A DNA stretch of 64,000 nt, from the NCBI RefSeq assembly GCF_001194135.2, contig NC_068993.1, positions 63,450,935-63,514,934 on the forward strand, read 5' to 3'. Below the pieces are notes generated by a model, which saw nothing but the letters and a program-made list of their open reading frames with translations, searched no databases and was not told the DNA's origin. A program made the translations under genes and the position numbers. The stretch is from Octopus bimaculoides. Taxonomy: Eukaryota. This document shows positions 14,344 through 28,001 of the stretch, piece after piece; the stretch's first letter is position 1, and every line of letters begins with the position of its first letter.

Positions 14344-17300
14344 TTAAGAACATCATCCATAGAGACTGGGCTGATGCAGGAGTCCCAGTATGGTTTTTCA
14401 GACTGCTAGTAATAATAGCCAAGTCTTCCCTGCAAATCACACCCTTCTGTGTTTATAAGGGATAAGGAAATCTGAGGGTTCACTAAAGTCAGAAAAAAAA
14501 AAAGGGAGCCTGGATGGTAATTGCTAGAAGGTCTTTGATCATAGTTTTGCTCAATCAGAGCTAGCCTAGGGTTAAACAACAGCATTGTCCTCAACATCAA
14601 TCAACTGTATTCTATGAAACATGCCAGCAGATGAGAAATGGATGAACTTTCTAGATATAAACTTTTCCTTTTTTTCTTTTTCTCCTTATCTTTTAATCTT
14701 TTCAGTTTTCGGCCCCAGGGTTTAGCTGCTACTTTATTTCATTGACTCTAAAAGAATGAAAGCAAAACTGACCCCAGTGGGATTTGAACTGAGAATGTGA
14801 AGAGTTGGAACAAACACTGCAAAGCATCTTTTCACCAATTCTACTGATTCTGCCAGTAGCATTATCACAGAACTACAGAGAATCAAAGATGTGAACAAAC
14901 TTTGGATTATAAGGGTATCTGATTTACCATTCTTTGGTGGAAACTATCACATATTGTTGGTGTGGCATCATATAACCGAGTGTTTCTTCAAAGTATCCAA
15001 CACACCAAAACACAATCCTTCATTTCAATCTTTTTTGCACTCTCTTTCATTAAATCAGATCATTAATGCCTCCAATTAGGATGGTTTATCAAAAGACCAA
15101 ACGGGTCAGGAGCTGGGTTGCCATTAACCAACATGAAACAAGCAGTTAATTGGTGCTTATCGCATCTGATGACAAACAGCTGTCAGATTCCATGGAACTT
15201 CTTAAACTTTTGAAGTAACCTAATAAGACAGCTGCCGGTTTGTCAAAAAAAAAAAAAAAAAAAAAAAGTCCTGGCTCCATTACAGACAGAGGAAACCCCT
15301 ACCAAACCTGGCACTGGTCCTGGCATCAAGCAAGACACCCGTATCAGACACCAGCATCAGGCATCCTTCACAAGAAAAAGAAATGGGAAGGAAATAAACA
15401 AACCCCACCCGGAGTCGGGTGGAAGCAGGAAACTGGGTGGGGGGTGGCCGAGAGGGAAGTTATTTGGCACCACCAATCCATATTAATATGAAAATACAAG
15501 ACTCATTTGTGCTTTCCATTTTTCTAAAGTAAGCAGGTGCAAAGAATTACTGATACCATTCTCTCATTTCCAAAATGTCTGCAAAGAAATAAATATTCTT
15601 CGATGTTTATGGCACAATTTACTTTATTACTTATTTATATATTTTTTTGTTTAATTTTTTTAAAAATCTTCTTTGTTTATATTATTTCTCTCTTCTTTTT
15701 CATTTCTTTATTTGGTTGTTTTTCTCATTTCTTTTTATCTTTTACTTCTTTTCTTGTTTTACACACACACACCTCTATGTGTATGAATGGGTTAAGTAAC
15801 CATTAAGTAAGTAGGATTTCTACTCTATAGTTTATTAAAGCTGGTATTAAGTAAATAGGGCAGAAAAATGAGTGCATTTAACACCCTGTGCTACTGAGTA
15901 ACATGGCACACACACACACACACACACACACGGTCACCTTGTACAACATAATAATGTCCGTCCGTTGAGTTTCTTGGGTTTTAGGTCTTGGTGAGTAACT
16001 TGTAATGAATAGTGTCTGTGGTGCAACTAGTATTGAAGACTGCAAACAGGTTTTGAATGATACTTCTTACTCTGTCTCTTTACTATAAATTGTAGAAAAA
16101 TTGGCAAATATTCCATTCGTGTCAGATACGAAGATGGAAACAGCAGAAAATTTATCAAAAATACATGAAACAAGTAGAACTGTCAGAAGGAAGCCCATCA
16201 CATATTTATAAAAATAGAACAAAAACGCAATAGAGGACATTAAAACATTTGGACAGGCAGACAATACAAAAGCAGACGAGAGAAACAACAATTAGAAGGA
16301 CAGGTGAAAAAAGGCGGGTCATTTGTGGCCTTCTTTCATCAGTCAAGTCCCAGAAGTCACGACCATTTCGGACAGTTACACTTGAGATGGTTCAATCTGG
16401 TTGTCCCCCAAAAAAGTCTAAGCTAAGAGCTTTAGACCCCTTTGTAAGAAATCTAACGAATGTGTACAGCTACAAAAACAAAAACAAACAAACAAACAAA
16501 ACGGAAAACATGGTACAGAATTACGAATACAAGGAACAAGAAATAACAACAGGCGTCTTTGGGCTGAGAATGAATCGAATTGAGTTGGTGTGTGGATGAA
16601 GTGAAAGCCTAAAGGCAGGGACATAGGAGATGGACATAAGAGTTGTTGGCGGTCAGCAGTCAGGCCAAGAAAGAAAGATCATGGCTGGCCAGACACCGGT
16701 CATGTGGAAAGAGGAGAAATGGGTAGGGGGCCAACGGGATTGAAGGATTAGATGTGTGTGTTGCTGTTTCTTCTGTATTGACATCATGTGGTGGTTCTAA
16801 ATGAGCACCATTTTCATGCAATTGGTGTCCTTCATGGAAACATGTCTGATCATGGGGAGTATTACTTAAGTTGGAAACAGGTGAGGGTTGGTAACAGGAA
16901 GAGTATCTAGCCGTGAAGAATCCACCTCAGCCAATCTCCTCTGACCCATGCCAGCATAGAAATGTGTATGTTATACAGAGATGATGATGAGGTCCTTAGA
17001 AAAGTGTGCAGTGTTTGAAGTAATTGCTTATATTAAAGACAAAATAGATGTGACAAGAACATCTCTCATCATTGGTCTGCTTGACCAGAACTGACCTTTG
17101 GCTAAACAATGGTAATGAGAACTATTACTTATAGAATAATGAGAAATAATATCAGACATTGTGGAATGTCTAACTCATGACGTAGAGAGAAATAAGTAAG
17201 TGAATACTGCAAACTGGTTTGCTCAGTGTGTTTGGGTTTGTGCCAGACAACTGGCTTGATTCCTAGCAGAGATTATATGGCTGCTAACAGTCTATTATAT

Positions 17301-18185
17301 CGACCCAGTTCTTACTGGTACTCATTTGATCAACTCTGGAATGATGAATGACAAATTTGAGTGGAAACCGAAACCAAAATGTAAACGAACACAAGTAAGT
17401 ACTGCATGGCATATGGCGATGTGGTGCTCTACCAATTATGTCATCCATTGCCCTTAGTCTGCATCTAATAATATTAGCAGTGTTAAAGTAGCTTTGTTTT
17501 GAAATACGATGCATGTAGATGATAATATTAGCCATGGAAGTGGTTTTTGTTATGAAATCTGATAGAACTTGGATAACACAATCATAGAATGTTGTGATCT
17601 GTAAAAAACACAAGGACTGAAGTCCAATGCAACCAAGAAGAAAGAAAAAACATCTGGATTCAGAATCAGAGACATGAGACTTTTCTTTATCTGGGTTTGT
17701 ATTCCTTTGTTCACTTACAGAAATACTAAACTGACTGATTTAGTAACTCTTAACTACTTATTTATTATTGATCTATCATAACTAACATATGAATAGTATA
17801 ATGTATTTTGCCAATCACTTTTAAATTGGAAGTTAAATTATTGATACAAGGAGACAACTCCTAAACACACACACACACACACTTACATATTACCTTGCTT
17901 TACAAAAGTGTTACATTCCAGAAAATTTTAGCGTAATATGAAATTTCACAACTATTTCTCCATCGACTTCCATTTCACATAAAATGGAAGTGAAACAGAA
18001 GAGAGATTTTGCATTACAGAATTTCACATTATGGCAAGATTTACAGGAATGTAACACTTTTGTAACACAAGGAACATCTGCATGCATGCATGAGTGCACA
18101 TGCATGCATGAGTGCACATGCATGCATGTGTGTGTTTTTTTATCTTTTCTTTTAGTTGTTTAATCCATTGGACTCTGGCCAAGCT

Positions 18186-18228
<43 letters not shown>

Positions 18229-21200
18229 ATAGATAATGTCCTGTTAGTTGCATTTGTATTTGTGTACCATTTCCCCATTTTTTTTTTCCATTACTTATTT
18301 CTGTAATTAGTTAAATGGATACTGATAAAATAATTAGCAGTTTGAGCTAAGACCTGGAGTTGATATGATTGATTAAACTCTAGAAGTGGATGGTTCATTG
18401 ACTGAAACGAATAAATGGATAAAAGACTAAATACACCAAAATCATTAGTCGAGTAATCTTCCCCCTGCCCCTACCCCATCAAACTCTCCACACCTTCCAT
18501 TGACTAACAAATAAAAAAGGACTGAATCTCTTTTTATTTTTATTTTCTGCAATAATTTTGTTCTTTTTCTTTCTTTTAAAAATATACACTTCTCAGCTGA
18601 AGTGCCAATTGTGAAGAACTCACAGAATCAGCTGTTTTGGAAATTCAACTTTGGCAGAATGCCATAACTACAGTTAATGCTTTTTATACAGGGGAGAAAA
18701 GAAAACCTAAGCTTTTCATTTCTAGTAAAGTGCACTCTCTCGTTATCCCCACCTTTCCCCCCTCTCTCTCTATCCCCCTCCTCCCTCTTTCTCTCTCTCA
18801 CATCGCATATCCCTCTCCATCTCCCCACCCAATCTATTTTATTAAAGGTAAACGTTTGGATTAAATGTTGTAGATGAGTTATTCCTAACACGATTGTAAT
18901 TTTTCAGTCTGTTAACCTCACAAAACTCTTCCATGTTTTGGTTGGAATCGGATTCCTGATGAGGATCAAAAATGAAACCAATGGTAAAGTTGTTTCGTTG
19001 TAAATATTAACACATTTTTCATTTCTAAAGATGTGTTTAGTATTGCTTTAGAGAAAGGAGATTTATCTTCAGAGTTTCTCATATTTCACAAGTGATTTGG
19101 GATAAAATATTAGTTTTGGCATGATTTGTACCACATGTTTCCAGTTAATGCAACTACTCTTACTTTAATCATACTTTTCCTTTTGCTATCAAATTGGTTC
19201 TTGCATAAGCAACCTGTCAATTTAGTTAGGATTTTAACCACTGGAACACAAACACACACAATACATACATACATCATCATTTAATAACTACCTTCCATGC
19301 TGGCATGAGCTGGATGGTTATGTATATATATCGAAAGGAGTAGAAGATTGAGCAGGTAAAAATGTACTACATATGTTTCTAAGGGAAACTGAATAGAAGT
19401 TATGTAACTTTAAAGCATTACATATATGCTGAGCTTCTCATTTCTTCAGGTTCTTTTACCTGTTATTTACTGGTTCATTGTTGAAAAGAGCTTTGAACCA
19501 GAACCAAAAGTGCTCAGATGGCTACAGACTCTTGTCTGAGGATGAGAAGTGGAACAACTTTGCATTGGTTCTCTGTGTATTTGATGAGGATTGAATCCAC
19601 TATTGCAAACTAATGAAAAACTTGTTAATTAATTAATTATACTAGTATTTATTTACAATACTCTTTACTCTTTTACTTGTTTCAGTCATTTGACTGTGGC
19701 CATGCTGGAGCACCACCTTTAGTCCAGCAAATCGACCCAGAGCTTATTCTTTGTAAGCCTAGTACTTATTGCCAAACCACTAAGTTACGGGGACATAAAC
19801 ACACCACCATCGATTGTCAAGTGTGAGCATACTTGTGTGTGCGTGTGTGTGTATGTATGTGTGTGTGTGTGTGTGCATGTGTGTGTGTCTATGTATATGC
19901 ACATGCACATATTTTTAATTGGTTTTCCCTAACTATGCCATGAAAGAGGGCCATTGGATATATGTACATGCATACATACATATATACACACACACAAACT
20001 CATTTATATACATACATATACATACACACACACATATATATACATACACACATACATACACGTGTGTGTCTGTGTCTTTACATGTGTTTGTCCACCACCA
20101 CCACCACCACTTGACAACAGGTGTTGGTGTGTTTAACTTCCACAACTTAGCAGTTTGGCAAAAGCAACTGACAGAATAAGTACCAGGCTTTATAAAGAAA
20201 TAAGAACAATTCATTTGACTAAAACCCCTGGAAGGTGATGCTCCAGCATGGCCACAGTCTGGTGACTGAAACAAGAAAAAGACAAAAAACAAAAGAAAGA
20301 TGTTTTAACAACACCTTCGTGATTTATTTGCGATCACATTGACTGTGATTCATATTTGAGTCTGGCTTTTATTTTATTGATCTCTCGATTCTTGTGAATG
20401 GTGAATCATTCCAGTATTTGTGTACATTTTGTATGATTTATTCGTTGTGTCAGAGTTCAGTGCATCTTTCTGTCGCAGACTGGAAGGAAGGACATAGCAA
20501 GACTGCCGTGTCTGTATTTGTGAGGAACAACAATAATTATGTCTGTGAGAGAACTTCCAGCATCATGGAATAAGTTTTGTATGTTGCAAGAATTCTCTAT
20601 CAGAGAGGAGACAAGCATTGGAAGGTTTGGACTGGGTCTAAGCAGTGACCTTTCTTTCGCTGAAAAACAGAGAAAAATCTTACCCAGGAAGCAACGAGAA
20701 AGGTCTGACTGCTTCATCAGGCTTTGAACATACTTTGTAGCAGCAACCAATCAAAATAACTCAATTGGGTCATGTGACTCATGCCTTTAATCAGTTTTAA
20801 TAATCACTAGATTCAATTTTGGGGAAATATTTTAGATTTTAATCAGTTTCAGAGAATCAGAACAGTTTTTATTTATTTATTTTTTCCATTTTATTCAAAA
20901 CAGAAAAATCTGTTTTATGTTTTAATTTCGTCACTTGACTGAGATTAGCAGAATTAAATTCTGAACATCAACACCTCAGCAAGCATCATTATGATGATGA
21001 CGACGACATCAATGACGACGATATCAATGACGACGACGACGATGACAACCACCACCACCGCCACCGCCACCGCCACCAACAACAACAACAACAACCTCAT
21101 AAACACATTCAGAATTCATTATCCTTGTTATCATCCTCAACTTATATCACCATAATCATCTGCCATCAGCATTTAATTCCTGTAATCAACAAGAATGCAT

Positions 21201-22055
21201 CACCAGAAACTGTACGCTGGCCCCAACACCATTCCAGCCACCATTCTCATTCCCATCATTGTCAGCATCATCATCATCATCTTCACCGTCACAACCATAA
21301 TCACCAATAATTAACTGACGCTCTGTCAGTTACAATGACGAGGTTTCCAGTAGATCCAATCAACAGAACATCCTGCTCATGGAATTAACATGCAAGTGGC
21401 TGAGCACTCCACAGACACGTGTAATGAAGTTCTCAGGGAGATTTGGCATGACACAGAATGTAACAAGGCTGGCTCCTTTTGAATTACAGGTACAACCATT
21501 TTTGCCAGCTGAGTGGGCTGGAGCTAGGTGAAGTAAAGTATCTTGCTCAAGGTCATGACATGCTACCCAGAGATGAGTACCCTGTTCACTAAGCCACACA
21601 ATCACCAGTAATATACACGGCAACACCGTCATCACAATAGAGATTATTCCTCACATGTCATATCACAGCCTTCTCTGGAATTGGAGATGGAATGAAGCAG
21701 GTGTGTAGGAGCCAAAACAGGATCCCTTTAAATACCGTAATATCTTACAACGAACCCCCATTTATTCAAATGTACACACACACACACAACAAATAACATG
21801 GTGACCATAAAACTGGGAAAATATTCTAAACAATGACAGCACGGTGAACGTCATTGATGACGATGGGAATGTGTAGTCTCCACCCATATCCCCTACCCGA
21901 CCCCCAGGGCTGGTGGATATCGACCCAAGAATGTCTGAAGAACACTAGCAAAGATACCAAAGCTACCAGGGCAGGCTTCAGGAATAAAGTCTTGAGAAGA
22001 ATGTGAATGGTTTGTTTTATTTCTAATACCTCACATTCCTGTGGTCCTTACCATG

Positions 22056-22090
<35 letters not shown>

Positions 22091-22754
22091 TGTGTGTGTG
22101 TGTGTGTAAGTTGATGAAAGGAGATCCCAGAGGCCCTGGCTGTAATCCTTCTAAACATAACAGAAACGCTTGCCATTGCCCCTACTCTCCTTACACACAC
22201 ACATAAATCTCAGTGACTGCACGTGTGTGTGTGTGTGAGTATATATATATATATATACATACATATATATATACATACATATATGTATATATATATATAC
22301 ACACACATACACACACATCTATATACATATACAAATATATACATACACACATAGATGTGCACGCACACACACATACACACACATGTATGTATGTATGTAT
22401 GTATGTATATGTAAGTTGGTGTATCTGTGTGTGCATGTATGTAAAATCACAAAATACACGCATTCATGCATACATGCTATTAGGCATAATTTAAAGAAAA
22501 TATGATCCCTTATAGCATTACAAAATATAATCCCTTATAGCATTACAAAAAAAACTAAAGAAAAGTGAAAAGTCTGGCAAACATTGAAAGTCATCACATA
22601 ACCGAAACATTCCTGGCGTTGAGTAAAAGTTAGAACCACATTTCAGCCAAACAGTTTCTCTTGGTGCCAGACGGGTGTAAAACAAGTGTGTATGTATTGT
22701 TGTATTTGTGGATAGAAGTGTTTATATCTCCCTCACTCTATGTGTAAAGAAGTA

Positions 22755-22847
<93 letters not shown>

Positions 22848-23507
22848 ACATACATATATAAATATATATATGTATATATGTGTATGTATATTAACACAAC
22901 TAGTTTTATTTACAAGCATTCACATATCCTTTAGAAATAACCAACACACACACAAACACACACATTTAATTGGATGACAATGGCATATATAAGCTGGATG
23001 AGTTAAGAGGCTATTAAAAAAAGGTTTTATATCCATGATATGTACACCTCCATAGAAAATGCTTCAGATATTTGCAAATAAGCAACTACACGCTCCACCG
23101 TAATGCATGTATCTATCTTCTTCTTCTTCTAAAAATAAATACAATTTGCTTCCAAGATGTTGTAAACAGTGCCATGGTAAACCCTATTTGTTTTACCAAA
23201 CTAATAGGTTGTTGTTTAGTTGTCATGGAATTCTGGCAAAATATTACCAAATTTATTGTATGTTGTCCCCTCCTGCAAAAACGCTTTTCCCCAGCTCCAC
23301 CTGGAAGCAGTTTATTTATTTACTTTTAGGGTATCTTGAGAGAATACAAACAGAAATACCCCTATTTGCTTTTGTTTTTATATAAATTTCTTATATTTAT
23401 TGTCCTCACCTGCCACCTGTCTCCTAAATTATATCCTCCTTCTTAAGAAACATAAGCAAAAGGGAGCTTAGGATTATGAGCACACATTTACATATTGTCT
23501 TAAAAGC

Positions 23508-23542
<35 letters not shown>

Positions 23543-26500
23543 TTATATGTCTCTGTGTATATTGTGCACAAACACCTGAAGCAATTCTCTGTATGTATGC
23601 TTGTATGCATGTATAGGCGTATGTATGGAGGCTGATCTTAAGACCCAGAACCTCCCAAAAGAGATTACAAGGATTGGCAATATGCAATTGCCATGTGAAG
23701 ATGACCATCTAATCAAATCTGAGATTCTGGAAGCACAACTGGGCCCTTCCAGCCTATTTCTTCAAGATACCGTGGCCAAAGAATAAACCAGCCACCCAAA
23801 CAAGCTACTTAATAATGAGGGTGGCCTTCATTAGATACCCTGCAGGACACAAAGCAAAAGAAAAAACCCATCACAGGGCGGGTGGACTCAGTAAAATCAA
23901 CAACAACTGGGAGCCAGTGACCCCTTAATCCTTGTTTTGGCGTCTCTCCAGAAGGAAAACTCCCATGTGACACCTGTGACTTTGTTTGCATCCAATGATG
24001 TAGAATGGTTCTTCTTTTCGGGCAAATGCATTTGTTGTTTAAAGAGTGGCAGTGGCCATTCCTCACTTGAAAAAGCTTCAAACACAGGCACCGCTTGATT
24101 CTTAGTACCTCAGAGGATATGCTGGACACCTGTGGCTGGCTGTGGCTGTGAAAAGCCGGCAAGTATCAGTGTGGGTGGTCACTTTTTGAACACCTGTCCT
24201 TGCTACATCTGGACAGTTGTCTTGAAGAGTCAACTCCATTCTGCTTCCAGAAAATGATCAGAAAATGACAGCATTGCCTCAAATGAAGTTGTGGCCTTCA
24301 TGCATATATCTTTACATATTTTATCTTTTATTTGTTCCATTTACTGGAATGCAGCCATACTTGGGTGCCATCTTAAAGGGTTTTGTCAAACAAATTAGCC
24401 AGGGTACATCGTTTTTCTGCTAAACTGCTGAGTTAAGCAGATGTAAACAAACCAACACCAGTTTTTAATCAATATTGGAAAGACAAACATAATCTCAAAC
24501 AAACACATAGAGGGTTTTTAACTGTAAACAGAGTACAGACTATGGGAATGTTGTCCTGAAAGCTTTCAGCCGGTTGAATGTTCTGGCAAAGCCATGTGAA
24601 AGAGTGCTTTGGTGAGCATAAACAGAACACAGCCTGCAACGCTGCTTCATTCTTTACCGTTTGTCAGCTTCCACAAATAACGACTGGTGTATTTCAAAAA
24701 GTTTCTTTGTGTTGCTGTTATTTGAATGTATATTAAACAGACTTATAATTTATTTTTATTTCAATATAACATCATCATCAACCCAGCTTCCTAAATAGGT
24801 TTCAGTTGAAGATATTCAGCAGTAGGACCCTGGGGGGAGCTATGTGTGTGTTTTACAATGTTCTTCACCATTACTGATTCTCTGAACCTCAGCATGTTAT
24901 GGTTCGAGTTTTATATTTGGTGTTTTAGACAATCTCTTGTTTTGGAGGTGATTGTCTTTTGTGGTTCAAATTCCCTCTGGTACACTGATGTATATGGTAA
25001 CATGAAAAATATGGTAATATGAAAGCAAAGAATAAAAATAAAATAAACTGAACATTTTTGACACTGGCTTTTGGTTGCTGCTTTCAGTCAAGTTTCCAAA
25101 GCTGGCAAAGCCATTTGTAACATTTGTGCTGTGCACAGAAAATGCACAATTATTGAAAAAACTGCACAAGCTTCAAGGATGGGAAATTTGACCTTACAGA
25201 CTCCATGTTTTGGCATGTTTTGTTCAATTCAAGGATTGAACGAGCTTATCAATGAGGATCCATGCCGCTCCACTTGGGAATTGGTCCAGCTGATGAAATC
25301 ATTGCCCGTCAGTTCCATTTAATAGGTAAGATCTGAAGACTCAGTGCTTGGGCACCACACACTCTCAATGAAAGAGACGAATTCCAGTGCTGCTCTCTCA
25401 CAACCAGTTTACTCCCTCGATGCCAGGCAACTCACAGACACAAAAGGAAATTCCTTTACTGCATCATCACCAGTGATGGAAAATGGTGTCTTTCCATCAA
25501 TGTGAAGCAGAAGAAAGAATGGCTGAGAGACAAGCAAGCAGCACTTTGAACTGAACCAGAGCCGCATTTATGCAAGACAATGATCTGGGATTTGTGGGAT
25601 TTGGAAGGGCCAACAACCACATGGTCAAGGCATGTTCAGCGAATGCATTGACCCAATGGGGCAATCCAGCTGAGATGGCCTGACTGGTGACACAGTGTGC
25701 TTCTTCAATATGACAGTACTTGCTCCACATCACTAATTTCATCACAAAAATTCAATTCAAGAGTTTGGTTTGTAAGTTCTACTTCACTCACCATTTTCTC
25801 TTGATATTGAACCTTCAAATTGACAGGGAACAAGGTGCCCCTGAATTGTTACCAGTAGAACCATACATAAGCTGAAGTTGATGGGCCTGTTTACTCAGTG
25901 TAAATAGTTTTATTTATCAAGGAGGTCTTGTTAGCTTAATAGAAGATAATGAAAGTCTTGGAGGTAGAATAAGAATGGAAGAAGCTCACAGAGTTGTTGT
26001 GTTTGTTGGCAGATGATGCTGGACAGGAAGGAGTAGGAATATATTGTAACAAAGGCTTATCTAACTTGAAATAATTGGGCTTCCGGAGTCAGTAAGGATG
26101 AGTTGGGTATTTACAGCAATGTCTCCTGGCATTTTGTTTATCTGGGGTAATAAATATGGGATTAATTCTAAATTTCTGAAACAGTGTACCCCAAATTCAG
26201 AAGGTGGGGTAAAGAATGCTATCTGCATCTAGGGTATGTCATATTGAGATTATGGAAAGGCCTACAAAGGTCAGTGGCAATACTCCTGCCCTTCGCCTCT
26301 GCTTTCACAATATTTTATCCCTAAATACATTGTAAAGGTACCTCCACTACTTCCATGTTTGTCTTCTGAGACAACAAGAGACATTGGAAGAGGAGAGAAG
26401 GCCCGTTAGTTGGTTTAGTCACTCTTCTTCTCCTTGTTTTTCTTTGAGAAGAAGGGTTAAGCGTCCTGTACTTCAAGATATTCCTTACAGGGAGGGGACT

Positions 26501-27969
26501 GTGAATGTAGTGTCTCTGGTATTTTGGTAGGGATCTATGTTGCTGTCATGGACAATAATGATTAATGCAAATGTTATTTGTTATGATTGTAGGGGGGCAA
26601 TAAGTGGGGAGGGCAAATAATTGCCTACAGTTCAAAACTAACAACACAGCAACAATTGCTGTCTAACAACATAAACTTATATATGATTTCTGTCAGCAGT
26701 GACACTCACATAATGCACAGTTTACTGTCACTTTTATAAACACAGGAGGAGGAGGAGGAGGAGGAGGAAACAGTGATATAACAGTAGTAGTCAAATTTTG
26801 AACCCATTTGGGGATACATGTCTGAAGTAACTCTCCCTCTCCCTCTCTCTAATTACAAGTATGTATATATACATGAACATTGAATATCTCAGAAATATAT
26901 ACACTTTTTTATGCAGTATCATATTCATTAGACATGAATTCAACTATAAGCAGTCGACTGTAAGCCATGTTGCAGAGAATCGACTCCCTCACTCAGTAAG
27001 GAGTCTGGCTGAGAGTCACACATCTAACGAGGTCAGAAGTCATTTGATTACAGCATTGTCCATTTCATTGTGGTTCCAGCAGATCTCCTGAATATTCTTC
27101 ACAATCTGTGTCCCATTTGTTCAGTGAATGTAACTACTCTAATGTGGTAAGCTAGCAGAATCGTTTGCAGGTTCGGCAAAGTGTGCTTAGTGGCATTTCA
27201 GCTGTCTTTACATTCTGAGTTCAAATTCTGCCAAAGTCAACGTTGCCTTTCATCCTTTCAGGATCAATAAAACGAGTACCAGTTGCTCACTGGGGTCAAT
27301 GCAATTGACTTACCCACTTCCCCCATAATTGCTGNNNNNNNNNNATCCTTTCAGGATCAATAAAACGAGTACCAGTTGCTCACTGGGGTCAATGCAATTG
27401 ACTTACCCACTTCCCCCATAATTGCTGGCCTTGTGCTAGAATTTGAAAGCAATAATAACTACTTCCTTAGTCCTTTACAGTCAAATAGATGAATGTTCCC
27501 CAAATGTCCCCTTAACTTAATCCCCAGCCAAATGTTGTGTATCGTAGTTTGATGAGACTGGTTCTATGAACAACAAATAAAGTTCATCTCGTGAGCAAGC
27601 TTTATGTATTTTTCTTTCTAATTAACATTAGTCATTAGGCTTTAGTCAACACTTCTTGAAGATGTTGCATTGTGGGATTGAATGCAAGACTTCATTGTTT
27701 GGAAGCAAATTTATTAACCATTTAACCACACAAATACACAACATAACAATTAAGACAGGGATTAAAAATATTTCACCAATTTCCAGATGTTTAGTTCAAT
27801 TCACAGCAACGAATTGAAGAATTAATGATTTTCAAATCCCAAAACTCCATAAGAGTGATGTTCACTCTTAGTTTCCCTGGCATTAAACTAACTTCATCAT
27901 CATCCTCATCATCATCATTTAACATCCTATTTCCATGCTCGTATGAGATTTAAAAAAAATATCATTGGT

Positions 27970-28001
<32 letters not shown>

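Noticed and set aside
20700-20735. Minus-strand CTGATGA followed by an AAGCA/TGCTT stem (hammerhead-like); also CTGATGA at about 15166, 30793 and 32806
   Set aside because: No GAAA box at the required position
22497-22546. 25-bp direct duplication (also a ~22-bp duplication at about 53973-54030)
   Set aside because: Ordinary slippage-type local duplications with no further structure
24500-24720. Possible GIY-YIG endonuclease remnant
   Set aside because: Weak motif resemblance could be read on either strand; not supportable without a profile search
27256-27424. ~80-bp direct tandem duplication inside a SINE, resembling a regular repeat array
   Set aside because: The two identical copies sit on either side of a 10-N gap, the signature of unmerged overlapping contig ends; the same pattern occurs at 33810-33895
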